A DNA stretch of 64,000 bases from a virus. The translations under genes were made by a program, and so were the position numbers. The notes beneath the pieces were generated by a model that did not search any database, had not been told where the DNA came from, and saw only the letters and a program-made list of their open reading frames with translations. The DNA lies in IMG/VR virus record IMGVR_UViG_3300046028_007828, positions 1 to 64,000 of that record; one strand, written 5' to 3'. Positions 40,108 through 49,131 of this stretch are shown piece by piece; position 1 is the first letter of the stretch; each line of letters opens with the position of its first letter.

Positions 40108-41091
40108 ATGGTAAATGACATAATCTCGGAGGTCGGAAACAACTTTAAGAAAATTGACATTGAAGTTATACCGAGGTTAATTGAAATATTGAAGAAAAAT
40201 CCAAGCTTTGCTGAATTGTATAATAGTTGCGAATCGGTGGAAGCGGCGGTCGCGGAATACAACAACGCAAAATATTCCGAGATTATTGATTATATAAATT
40301 CACTTTCGAGGAAAAAGAATTTGCATTTCGGTGAAATACCGTTTGTATTTTTGCTCCGAGGTTGCATTTCCGGGGGAAGTAATATAGGAGATTTAATTTT
40401 ACCCGGAAACAAAACTGTCGATGTAAAGGCTCTGGATGATGGGTCAAATATAAAATTAGAGAACGCGTCAATCCACGGATACAAAAATTTGATGTTCACA
40501 AAGGCGCTGCGTGCTCTCACTCACATTTTAGAGAAAAACGAAAATGCCAGAAATTACCTAAAGAGTGTTATAACGGACGACCACAAATTTGAGGGAAGAC
40601 CCGCAAGTCAGGATGAAAAAGATTATGTTTGTGATTTTATAGATAATTTAAACGAGGAAGAAATGGGAACAACCGTATTCTCTGGGCTAGAACTTGTAGG
40701 AAAACGACTAAATCAAGTCGAGGTTGATGCTCCAATAAATTACGCAAAACTGCACATAGATGGTAAGGTTATCATAGCTAAGATAGAAAACGGTCCGGAA
40801 GTTCTACGAGAAATGGAAAGCAATAAACCGAGGAAAGTGACTTTAAGTCGAGTGACGGACACACTTGAACATATAACTATTCCAACCCTGAAACAGATTT
40901 CATATTTCACCAAGGCGATATCTTGTACAACGATTACTGCCGAGTTATTGCCCATGATTCATTATACCGAAGGTATTGTGGTAGTAAACAAGCTCGGAAA
41001 AGACGCTTTTTATGTAAAAAAAGAGGAGTTTTTTAATTATTTTGTGTTCAATCGTCTGTCAAAAGGTATAAAACTCAAAGTGTTTATATAA
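40108..41091 (+). CDS. Hypothetical protein, possible PD-(D/E)xK nuclease fold
   Basis: GEI...GDLIL....VDVK pattern. Confidence 0.4.
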   Translation: MVNDIISEVGNNFKKIDIEVIPRLIEILKKNPSFAELYNSCESVEAAVAEYNNAKYSEIIDYINSLSRKKNLHFGEIPFVFLLRGCISGGSNIGDLILPGNKTVDVKALDDGSNIKLENASIHGYKNLMFTKALRALTHILEKNENARNYLKSVITDDHKFEGRPASQDEKDYVCDFIDNLNEEEMGTTVFSGLELVGKRLNQVEVDAPINYAKLHIDGKVIIAKIENGPEVLREMESNKPRKVTLSRVTDTLEHITIPTLKQISYFTKAISCTTITAELLPMIHYTEGIVVVNKLGKDAFYVKKEEFFNYFVFNRLSKGIKLKVFI

Positions 41092-41105
41092 TTATAGAGA
41101 AACCC

Positions 41106-41963
41106 GTGAATACTTTTATAGACAATATTATAACCGAGGCAGGAATAGACGATAGAATTAACTCCGGCATATTAGACATATACGACCCAGTCCACATTGT
41201 GGTATTGATGGAATGTATGATTGACAGAGGAATGGATGAATTAACTGTCATGGAGGGCGTTGAAGCGATGATGCTAAAAAACGAGGGAAAGTTTCCGGAA
41301 CGCCAAGCATTTAACAAAGAAGGCTGGTTGGTAACATTTCCGTCGATTGAATATAAAAAGGCAGCAATTCAGAAAGGAACTCATTTTGAGTCGGACCCAA
41401 CTCACGGACAGGGCGGAATGAATCTTTATTATAAGAAACGAGGCAAACAAAAGCGCACCAACCAACAAGGACCAAGCGCAACAGAGCCAACCGCCCCGCA
41501 AGGCGGAGCCACCCCACCAACAACCCCAGTAAAAGAACCGGCAGCAGAAAAACAACCGGCAAATATAGGGTCCGCTCCATCTGATAAACCAGCGGTCGTG
41601 AAACCGGAACAAAAACCAGCGAGTTCTGGGGCAAATTCGGGAGTTTCTGATACAATCCCACCGGATGTAACCAAAAACGCTCCCACAGGCAACGGCGGGG
41701 CATCTGGTGGGGCATCTGGCGCGACTCCGGGCGCAACTTCCGCCGTTGGTGCCGGGACAATCCCAACACCTTCCGCCCCAGATTATGTTGCACTGTCGGC
41801 CAAATTCGCCCAACAAAAAGGTTGGACCTCTGTTCCGTACGGAGAATGGAGAAATCCTATGGGAGAAGCTTCGGCGGTCGTCGGAATGACCGGTGAAATT
41901 GTTCCAATAAAGAACGTGGACCGGGAAGAATTTAAAATATTTGCTCAAAAGAATGGTGCATAA
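41106..41963 (+). CDS. Hypothetical protein with Pro/Ala/Gly-rich linker
   Basis: LVTFPSIEYK.AAI..GTH domain followed by a low-complexity segment. Confidence 0.55.
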   Translation: MNTFIDNIITEAGIDDRINSGILDIYDPVHIVVLMECMIDRGMDELTVMEGVEAMMLKNEGKFPERQAFNKEGWLVTFPSIEYKKAAIQKGTHFESDPTHGQGGMNLYYKKRGKQKRTNQQGPSATEPTAPQGGATPPTTPVKEPAAEKQPANIGSAPSDKPAVVKPEQKPASSGANSGVSDTIPPDVTKNAPTGNGGASGGASGATPGATSAVGAGTIPTPSAPDYVALSAKFAQQKGWTSVPYGEWRNPMGEASAVVGMTGEIVPIKNVDREEFKIFAQKNGA

Positions 41964-42358
41964 TGCGTGAATATGACACACAGTTGTTGTGTACGTTTGC
42001 TACATATCAAACATATTTGCAGGAGGTTCGTGCGTTAGTTCAATATTACGATATACCCGAAAATGCCGTGTATGTATTACAGAGCACATTAGATTTTAAT
42101 GACATATTTTTAACGTTCAATGCAAAACGTGGAAAAATTGAGTTTTATCCAAGGACGATGTCAGTGCACCGTAAAAAAGAATATAACGTAATATATTCTA
42201 TCAATGCACTCAACGAATTGATTAGATCAGAGACCGGCGGAATGTCTGGTCGAGAATATCAAGTAGACTGGGAACAATACAGAAACTCTTTCATATCCAC
42301 AAGCGGAGGAAAATTCCGCGTCACCCCCACAAAATTGTTAACAATATCTCGACTATAA
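41963..42358 (+). CDS. Conserved hypothetical phage protein
   Basis: TQLLCTF, SVHRKK..N..YSINALN, VDW..YRNS. Confidence 0.65.
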   Translation: MREYDTQLLCTFATYQTYLQEVRALVQYYDIPENAVYVLQSTLDFNDIFLTFNAKRGKIEFYPRTMSVHRKKEYNVIYSINALNELIRSETGGMSGREYQVDWEQYRNSFISTSGGKFRVTPTKLLTISRL

Positions 42359-42558
42359 ACGAGATTTTTTGTTCGATTTTTTGGCGTCTAGATACTTATT
42401 AATAACCGAGAAATGCAGTACGGTTGATTAATAAAAAGATTAATCTTATTATAGATTGACGAATTGCAATTCTTGGTTCATATTACCGGATATTAACTAT
42501 TTGGTAACTGAAACTAACTAGCTAAATTAAACATTAAACATTAATAAATAAAAATACT

Positions 42559-43374
42559 ATGGCATTAGACATATCAAAAATTAAAGCTCGCTTGGAGAGC
42601 ATGAAAGCAAATTCGAACAAATCGACAAGCATCTGGAAGCCAACTCCGGGAAAAACCACGGTGAGATTTCTTCCTTATACGCACAGTCCGGAATTTCCAT
42701 TCGTTGAATTATTGTTTCACTACAACTTAAACGGTAAGACATATTTGAGCCCTACGTCGTTTGGTCGACCGGACCCGATTGTGGAGTTTGCAACTAAACT
42801 TAAGAAGAATAGTTCAAGCAAAGAAGAGTGGACCAAAGCTAGGGCGCTGGACCCAAAACCAAGAACATACGCGCCGATTCTAGTGCGCGGACAAGAAAAT
42901 GAAGGTGTAAAATTCTGGGGAATGGGCAAGACTGTATATCAATCCGTACTTGATATCATGAATGACTCCGACTTCGGAGATATTACCGATTTGAATACTG
43001 GTCGCGATATTCTTGTAGAATTTAAGACTGCTGCCGAGACTGGTAAGAGCTTCCCGGAAACAACTGTTCGTCCGAGGGGAAATACAACTCCGGCATTTGC
43101 ATCGACGGATAAGGTTCTGTTTGAGAAGGTTAAGCATCAACGAAACATTGTGGAACTATTTCCAGAACTGTCGTATGATGAATTGACCGCAGTCATGGAT
43201 ACGTGGGTGAATTCCGTCGAAGGAAATCCGGACGGAGAAGAAGCTCCCATTCCAACAATCGTTGACGATAGTGAAGCACCAGTGATTGTGAGTTCCACAA
43301 CAAAGGCATCGGTGAAATCGCCGATATCGCCAACTGCGGCAAAGCAAGAGTTCGATGACATGTTCAACTCTTAA
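42559..43374 (+). CDS. Single-stranded DNA-binding protein (T4 gp32-like)
   Basis: IWKP..G...VRFLP, PF.EL.FHY, DPI.E, GV..WG.GK, GDITD...GRD; acidic C-terminus FDDMFNS. Confidence 0.8.
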   Translation: MALDISKIKARLESMKANSNKSTSIWKPTPGKTTVRFLPYTHSPEFPFVELLFHYNLNGKTYLSPTSFGRPDPIVEFATKLKKNSSSKEEWTKARALDPKPRTYAPILVRGQENEGVKFWGMGKTVYQSVLDIMNDSDFGDITDLNTGRDILVEFKTAAETGKSFPETTVRPRGNTTPAFASTDKVLFEKVKHQRNIVELFPELSYDELTAVMDTWVNSVEGNPDGEEAPIPTIVDDSEAPVIVSSTTKASVKSPISPTAAKQEFDDMFNS

Positions 43375-43414
43375 AGTTGAATTAGTCTAACTGATAGATA
43401 ATAAATGATATAAT

Positions 43415-43440
43415 GATGCGCCAGCCAATGCTGGCGTATC
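43415..43440 (+). terminator. Hairpin/terminator after SSB
   Basis: GATGCGCCAGC-CAAT-GCTGGCGTATC; weak T-tail. Confidence 0.5.
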
Positions 43441-43462
43441 TTATATTGACCCTTTTACATAT

Positions 43463-44704
43463 ATGGAAAAATTAGAAAAACTTGAAAAGAAGAAACGCGT
43501 CGAGGTGGAAATGGATTCACAAGATAATCTTGGTGAAGTCTTAGCCGAGGCAATTAACAAAGCCCAAGGAGAAAAGGTAGCATTTTTCTTGGACGAGGAT
43601 GAAGACGCCTCGCAAGTGACGGATTGGATTACAACCGGAAACGATTTAGTGGATTTGTCCATCGCAAATCGACCAAATGCGGGAATCCCAGTCGGCAGAA
43701 TAACCGAATTGACTGGCCTCGAAGGCTCTGGAAAGAGTTTGATGGCCGCTCATATAATAAAAGCTACCCAACAAAAAGGCGGAATGGCTGTTTTATTTGA
43801 CACCGAATGCGCAATTGAAAGAAATTGGTTGGCCGGAATTGGTGTAGACGTCAGCAAGGGAAACTTGATGATTGTAAACATGAATATTCTAGAACACATA
43901 TTCGACTCAATTGAGCAAATTATTGTGGGAGTCCGCAAGGCGAATAAAAACAGATTAGTGACGATTATTGTGGATAGCATCGCGGCCACGTCTACGTTGA
44001 AAGAAATGGCGGCGGACCACGGTGTAGATGGATACGCCACAGGTAAAGCTATCATCACCAGCAAGGCAATGCGAAAAATTACACAATTGATTGCAAAGCA
44101 ACGAGTATGTCTAATATTTGCAAATCAACTTCGCCAAAAAATTGGGTTTGTTGGCCTCGGAGATCCGTGGACAACCAGCGGAGGAAAAGCACTCGCATAC
44201 CACGCATCGCTTAGATTGCGGCTCAAGCCGGTGGGACAAATCAAGACTGCTGACAAAAATGTCGTTGGCGTGAAGACAAAATGTACGGTGATAAAAAACC
44301 GCATGGGACCGCCACTGAAAAGCGTCGAGTTCAACATTTTCTTCGACCGTGGTATCGACAATTATGGAAATTGGCTTGAAAAATTGCTCGAATGGGATGT
44401 AATCACGAACGCGAAGAAGGAAAAGAGCGACGTGAAAAAGTCCAAGAAGGAAAAAGACGCAGAGAAAGAGGAAGATAAGAAAGCGAAAAGTCTTCAATTC
44501 ATCATGACAGTCGAGGGCAAAGAGCCCGAGACTGTGGTGTTTGAAAAGAAAGAATTCACTAAATTGATAGCCGACAGACAGGAATGTAGAGATTATCTAT
44601 ATACCAAGCTGTGCGATGAGTTTATTATGAAATATAGAACTCCGTCTGGCGACGCTGGCGATGACATCGAAATTGATGCTGTTGGCGAGGGTATGGACGA
44701 ATAA
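43463..44704 (+). CDS. uvsX: RecA/UvsX recombinase
   Basis: GIPVGRITEL.GLEGSGKS (Walker A), FDTE, IIVDSIA, NQLRQKIG, TSGGKAL.YHASLRL, KNRMGPP. Confidence 0.92.
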   Translation: MEKLEKLEKKKRVEVEMDSQDNLGEVLAEAINKAQGEKVAFFLDEDEDASQVTDWITTGNDLVDLSIANRPNAGIPVGRITELTGLEGSGKSLMAAHIIKATQQKGGMAVLFDTECAIERNWLAGIGVDVSKGNLMIVNMNILEHIFDSIEQIIVGVRKANKNRLVTIIVDSIAATSTLKEMAADHGVDGYATGKAIITSKAMRKITQLIAKQRVCLIFANQLRQKIGFVGLGDPWTTSGGKALAYHASLRLRLKPVGQIKTADKNVVGVKTKCTVIKNRMGPPLKSVEFNIFFDRGIDNYGNWLEKLLEWDVITNAKKEKSDVKKSKKEKDAEKEEDKKAKSLQFIMTVEGKEPETVVFEKKEFTKLIADRQECRDYLYTKLCDEFIMKYRTPSGDAGDDIEIDAVGEGMDE

Positions 44705-44749
44705 AAATTAATCGCGTGGAGTGAAATACCTCCACGCGGTTCTCATTAC

Positions 44750-45814
44750 ATGGAAAACGATACTAAGAAAAAATTTACGTCTCTATTTGCTCAAATAAAA
44801 GAGGAGCACGCCACGGCTGTAATCACACCGAGGACTAAAAATAGTGACATACTGGTTATTGATGGTACCAATAATTTTATACGCACTTGGTCGGTAGTCC
44901 CAACTCTTAACGATAACGGAGAACACGTCGGCGGAGTGAGTGGGTTTTTAACTACAATCGGACATGCGATTAAATTACTAACTCCCACGAAGGTCATTAT
45001 TGTTTTTGATGGAAAGGGCGGGTCGCAGAGAAGAAAGAAACTATATCCGGACTACAAGAATAAACGGGCAATGAAAGTCCGAGTGAATCGAGCATACGAG
45101 GAAATGAGCGACCCACAGACCGAACAGGATTCTATGATAAATCAACTCATGATGCTCATTGACTATTTAAAGTCTTTGCCGGTGAGTGTGGTAGCTATAG
45201 ATTATATAGAAGCCGACGACACGATTGGATTTATCGCGACTCAAATGTATCCTACGTCACGAATCACAATCATGAGCGCAGACAAGGATTTCTTACAACT
45301 GGTAAATGACCGAGTGTCCATTTGGAGCCCCACAAAAAAGAAATTGTACGGAGTTCAAGACGTAATAAATGAATACGGAATACACCCAATAAACTTCATA
45401 TACTACAGAATCCTCGAAGGAGATACATCGGATAATATAGGAGGTGTTAAAGGTATCGGACTAATAACAGCAAAAAAGAGATTTCCTGTCCTACTGGACA
45501 GCAAAGAAACTTCCGTTGATGCCATCCTGACTATCGCCAAGGAACGGGTGAATGAGAGTAAAGTATTCTCAACCGTAGCAGACAGTGCCGATATCTTGGA
45601 CAGAAATTACAACCTGATGCAATTAAAGACACCGAGTTTTTCTCCGACGTTACAACTGAAAATTTTCGACACCGTAGACAACGTTAACAAATATAATAAG
45701 CTAGAATTTATGCAGAAGATAGCAATGCGTAAAATGCAAGCGAGCATCCCAAATTATCTAGCGTGGGTAAATGAAGTATTCAACCCACTATCAGTATTTT
45801 CAACGTCAGAATAA
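44750..45814 (+). CDS. 5'-3' exonuclease/RNase H (FEN family)
   Basis: LVIDGTN, VFDG.GGS..R...YPDYK.KR, EADD, SADKDFLQL, GD.SDNI.GVKGIG. Confidence 0.9.
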   Translation: MENDTKKKFTSLFAQIKEEHATAVITPRTKNSDILVIDGTNNFIRTWSVVPTLNDNGEHVGGVSGFLTTIGHAIKLLTPTKVIIVFDGKGGSQRRKKLYPDYKNKRAMKVRVNRAYEEMSDPQTEQDSMINQLMMLIDYLKSLPVSVVAIDYIEADDTIGFIATQMYPTSRITIMSADKDFLQLVNDRVSIWSPTKKKLYGVQDVINEYGIHPINFIYYRILEGDTSDNIGGVKGIGLITAKKRFPVLLDSKETSVDAILTIAKERVNESKVFSTVADSADILDRNYNLMQLKTPSFSPTLQLKIFDTVDNVNKYNKLEFMQKIAMRKMQASIPNYLAWVNEVFNPLSVFSTSE

Positions 45815-45815
45815 T

Positions 45816-46610
45816 ATGAAAGCATTCGTAAAAACAAACAACGGCACATTTCCAAACATCAATTTTTATTGTGCGTGGGAAGCATTTAACACACTGGGAT
45901 ATGACGTTGTTTGTTTTGAAGAAAAGGATTTGGATAAACTTGATATAACTATACACACACCCCTGTTCGCCGGAGTGACAGTATTTCGCAAGGCGATTGA
46001 CAAACTTGGTGTGAATTATCCACCGTTTGATTGCTATCCAGAGGTGTTAAATCCGCACTACGCCAGAAAAATTGAAAAAAGTACACTCGGAGAAGTGCGG
46101 GCAAAGTTTAATGATGACGAGATCCCGGTATTTGTAAAACCAATCAAGCCGAAAGAATTCAATGGTGTGGTATTAAAGTCGATGTTAGATTTACTTCCAA
46201 TTTACACCAAGAAGGACGATGTGCCTGTTTATGTTTCTGACCCAATTGACATTGTGTCCGAATTTCGTGTTTATGTCATGGAAGGCGAGATTCTAGCGGT
46301 TAAGCATTATTATGGCGAGTGGCAAATAGTACCAGACATAAATTTTGTGGAAGAAGTCGTAAGAAATTACAAGCCAAGTCCCGTAGCATACGGGGTAGAC
46401 GTTGGTGTAACCAACAATGGCCAAAATTTTGTTATAGAGGCTAATGATGGATGCAACTTGGGCAATTACGGCTTAGATTCTATACATTATGGTGAGATGA
46501 TTATTGCCAGATGGGTAGAAATAGTCGGCGGAGGAAATAATAAGTCCGACGGCTTGAAGAATTTAATGCAAGCCAGAGCGGAAGAGATTAGAAAAAGTCT
46601 CCACCGATAA
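45816..46610 (+). CDS. ATP-grasp protein (DUF4343/R2K-like)
   Basis: YP..L...Y.R.I, PVFVKP..PK.F.G, SEFRVYV, YGVDVG, VIEANDG..LG.YG; ATG at 45816. Confidence 0.7.
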   Translation: MKAFVKTNNGTFPNINFYCAWEAFNTLGYDVVCFEEKDLDKLDITIHTPLFAGVTVFRKAIDKLGVNYPPFDCYPEVLNPHYARKIEKSTLGEVRAKFNDDEIPVFVKPIKPKEFNGVVLKSMLDLLPIYTKKDDVPVYVSDPIDIVSEFRVYVMEGEILAVKHYYGEWQIVPDINFVEEVVRNYKPSPVAYGVDVGVTNNGQNFVIEANDGCNLGNYGLDSIHYGEMIIARWVEIVGGGNNKSDGLKNLMQARAEEIRKSLHR

Positions 46611-46627
46611 CGTTTAGTATTTATCAT

Positions 46628-46655
46628 TTGACTATGCCCAGATATCGGGTAAGAT
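46628..46655 (+). promoter_or_regulatory. Sigma70-type promoter upstream of the helicase
   Basis: TTGACT-N16-TAAGAT. Confidence 0.6.
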
Positions 46656-46672
46656 AGAGCCATCAACTTATT

Positions 46673-48070
46673 ATGGCACCAGTAATCATCGACAATCTGC
46701 ACAAGTTTGGCTTGGAATTCCAAGTAAAAATCATAGCAGGAATATTAACCGACAAAGTTTTTTTGGAGCGCGTCGTTGACATCATAGATGTCGAAGCGTT
46801 CGAAAACGAATCCCATCGCTGGATTCTAAAAGAAATTATTCAATATCATATACAATACAAGGATTTGCCGACATTCCAAGTTTTCAAGGTTCGCATTGTA
46901 ACCATAGAGAACGAGGAATTCAAGGCCGCTATCACGGAACAACTTAGGTCCGTGCACGCGAAGATTTCTGAAAAAGATTTGCAATTCGTGAGAGAACAAT
47001 TTTTGGAATTTTGCAAAAATCAAAAATTGAAGAGTGCCATCATGGACTCCGTTGACCACTTGAAGAGTGGTGAATACGAAAAGATTAAGTCCCTAGTTGA
47101 CGGCGCAATGAAAGCGGGCATGGAACGAAACCTTGGCCATAATTATCACGTCGATATAGCAACGCGCATGAGTGAAATGTGCCGAAAAACTATTTCTACG
47201 GGATGGGCACCGGTTGATAAATTGTTGGATGGTGGACTCGGGCCGGGAGAACTTGGCATTGTAGTTGCCCCTGCTGGTATTGGCAAATCTTGGCTGTTGT
47301 GCTCACTCGGAGCCCGCGCCATGAAACAAGGCAAAAATATTGCACATTTCACCTTAGAGTTAAATGAAAATTATGTTGGCCTTCGGTATGACTGCTGCTT
47401 CACGGGAATCAACTTCCAAGAGATTAAATATAAACAGGACGAGGTTGCCGAAAAAATCAAGGGAATCAAAGGTAAACTATTTGTCAAATATTTCCCTCTT
47501 AAAACGGTAAGTGCACAATCACTCAAATTCCATGTAGAAAGAATACAGGTATTAGAGGGAATCCGCATTGATGAAATGATCGTGGATTACGCCGACATTC
47601 TTCGACCAATTGAGAAAGAAAAGAACAGCAACAGTTATTCTGAGGCCGGTGGTATATACGAAGAATTGCGCCAAGCGGCTGGAGAATTACAGATTCCGGT
47701 TTGGACAGCATCTCAGACCAATCGTGGCGGTGGCCAAGAGGACGTCGTTCAAGCTCACAACATCGCGGACAGTTATAGAAAGATTATGACTGCGGACTTT
47801 GTCATCAGCGTTTCGAGAAATGTGCAGGATAAAGCAAATAATACCGCCCGGTGCCATATTATAAAAAACCGATTTGGTCCGGATGGAATTACACTTTATG
47901 CCAAAATGGACACTGGAAACGGCCAGATTGATTTATTTGACGCGGATTCAAAAGAATCCACGGGAATTAAATCTATTATGGAAGGCGATGAAAATACCGT
48001 GAAAAGTTCATTGAAGGCGAAGTGGAATGCATCGCGCCAAAAGCAAAATGGAGAAAACGCAGATTTATAA
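46673..48070 (+). CDS. DnaB-like replicative helicase (T4 gp41-like)
   Basis: GGLGPGELG...APAGIGKS, TLEL.E, IVDYAD, WTASQTNR, IADS..K...ADF, KNRFG.DG. Confidence 0.92.
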   Translation: MAPVIIDNLHKFGLEFQVKIIAGILTDKVFLERVVDIIDVEAFENESHRWILKEIIQYHIQYKDLPTFQVFKVRIVTIENEEFKAAITEQLRSVHAKISEKDLQFVREQFLEFCKNQKLKSAIMDSVDHLKSGEYEKIKSLVDGAMKAGMERNLGHNYHVDIATRMSEMCRKTISTGWAPVDKLLDGGLGPGELGIVVAPAGIGKSWLLCSLGARAMKQGKNIAHFTLELNENYVGLRYDCCFTGINFQEIKYKQDEVAEKIKGIKGKLFVKYFPLKTVSAQSLKFHVERIQVLEGIRIDEMIVDYADILRPIEKEKNSNSYSEAGGIYEELRQAAGELQIPVWTASQTNRGGGQEDVVQAHNIADSYRKIMTADFVISVSRNVQDKANNTARCHIIKNRFGPDGITLYAKMDTGNGQIDLFDADSKESTGIKSIMEGDENTVKSSLKAKWNASRQKQNGENADL

Positions 48071-48151
48071 GAAAAAATTAAAAAATATATTTTCCAATTT
48101 TATTTTTTTAATAACTACTTATTTTCACCTTTAAATACAAAAAACTTTAAC

Positions 48152-49126
48152 ATGACAATTTTTGACGAACAAATCGCACGCAAACCGAACCGCTATCCTT
48201 GGGCACAAGAATACATAGACGCCATGTGGGCTGGACATTGGACTCCAAACGAGTTCACTTTTACGTCCGACTTGCAACAATATAAAACAGAAATGACCGC
48301 ACAAGAGCAGTTGATTATTAAAAATGCTCTGAGCGCAATTGGACAAATTGAGATATCAGTAAAGAAGTTTTGGGCCAAATTGGGCGATGTATTACCACAT
48401 CCAGCCATGAGCGATTTGGGAATAACGATGGCAAACATCGAAGTTATTCACAATAATGCGTACGAAAAACTACTCGAAGTGCTGCAAATGCAAGACGTAT
48501 TTGAAGAAAACTTAAAACTTGATATTATTCAAGGGCGTGTCAAATATTTGCGCAAATATTTAGACAAGAATTACACAGATTCTCGTAAACAGTATATATA
48601 TTCGCTGACTCTTTTTACGCTATATGTAGAAAACGTATCTCTATTTAGTCAATTTTATATTATTAATTGGTTTAATCGTTATAAAGGTCTACTAAAAGAT
48701 ACAGCACAACAAGTTGCATATACAGCAAAAGAAGAAACACTTCATGGTCTTGCTGGTGTAAAAATTATAAATACAATTCGACAAGAATTGCCGGAGTTAT
48801 TTGACGCGGAACTTGAAGCTCGTATTTTACACGAAGCAGAAGAATCATACAATGCCGAATCAAAATTGATAGATTGGATGATTGGAGATTATAAAGACGA
48901 CAAAATTAGTGCCGATATTCTTAAAGGATACGTACAAAGAAGATTGAACGACTCGCTAGAAATGATTGGCTTCAAGAAAATTTTTGATGTACCGCAAGAA
49001 ATTATTGAGTTGACTATGTGGATGGATGAGGATGTAATGGGAAACACTATGACGGATTTCTTTCACAAGCGTCCCGTAGAGTATTCCAAAAAAACGCAAT
49101 CAATACAAGCAACCGATTTATTTTAA
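48152..49126 (+). CDS. nrdB: Ribonucleotide reductase beta subunit, class Id-type
   Basis: Counted residues E67, K71, E97, H100, Y104, E160, E195, H198; C-terminal DFFHKRPVEYSK. Confidence 0.92.
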   Translation: MTIFDEQIARKPNRYPWAQEYIDAMWAGHWTPNEFTFTSDLQQYKTEMTAQEQLIIKNALSAIGQIEISVKKFWAKLGDVLPHPAMSDLGITMANIEVIHNNAYEKLLEVLQMQDVFEENLKLDIIQGRVKYLRKYLDKNYTDSRKQYIYSLTLFTLYVENVSLFSQFYIINWFNRYKGLLKDTAQQVAYTAKEETLHGLAGVKIINTIRQELPELFDAELEARILHEAEESYNAESKLIDWMIGDYKDDKISADILKGYVQRRLNDSLEMIGFKKIFDVPQEIIELTMWMDEDVMGNTMTDFFHKRPVEYSKKTQSIQATDLF

Positions 49127-49131
49127 TATAT

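Noticed and set aside
44713-44738. Strong hairpin CGCGTGGAG...CTCCACGCG between uvsX and the exonuclease
   Set aside because: No U-tract and no other support; cannot distinguish a processing or stability hairpin from a weak terminator.
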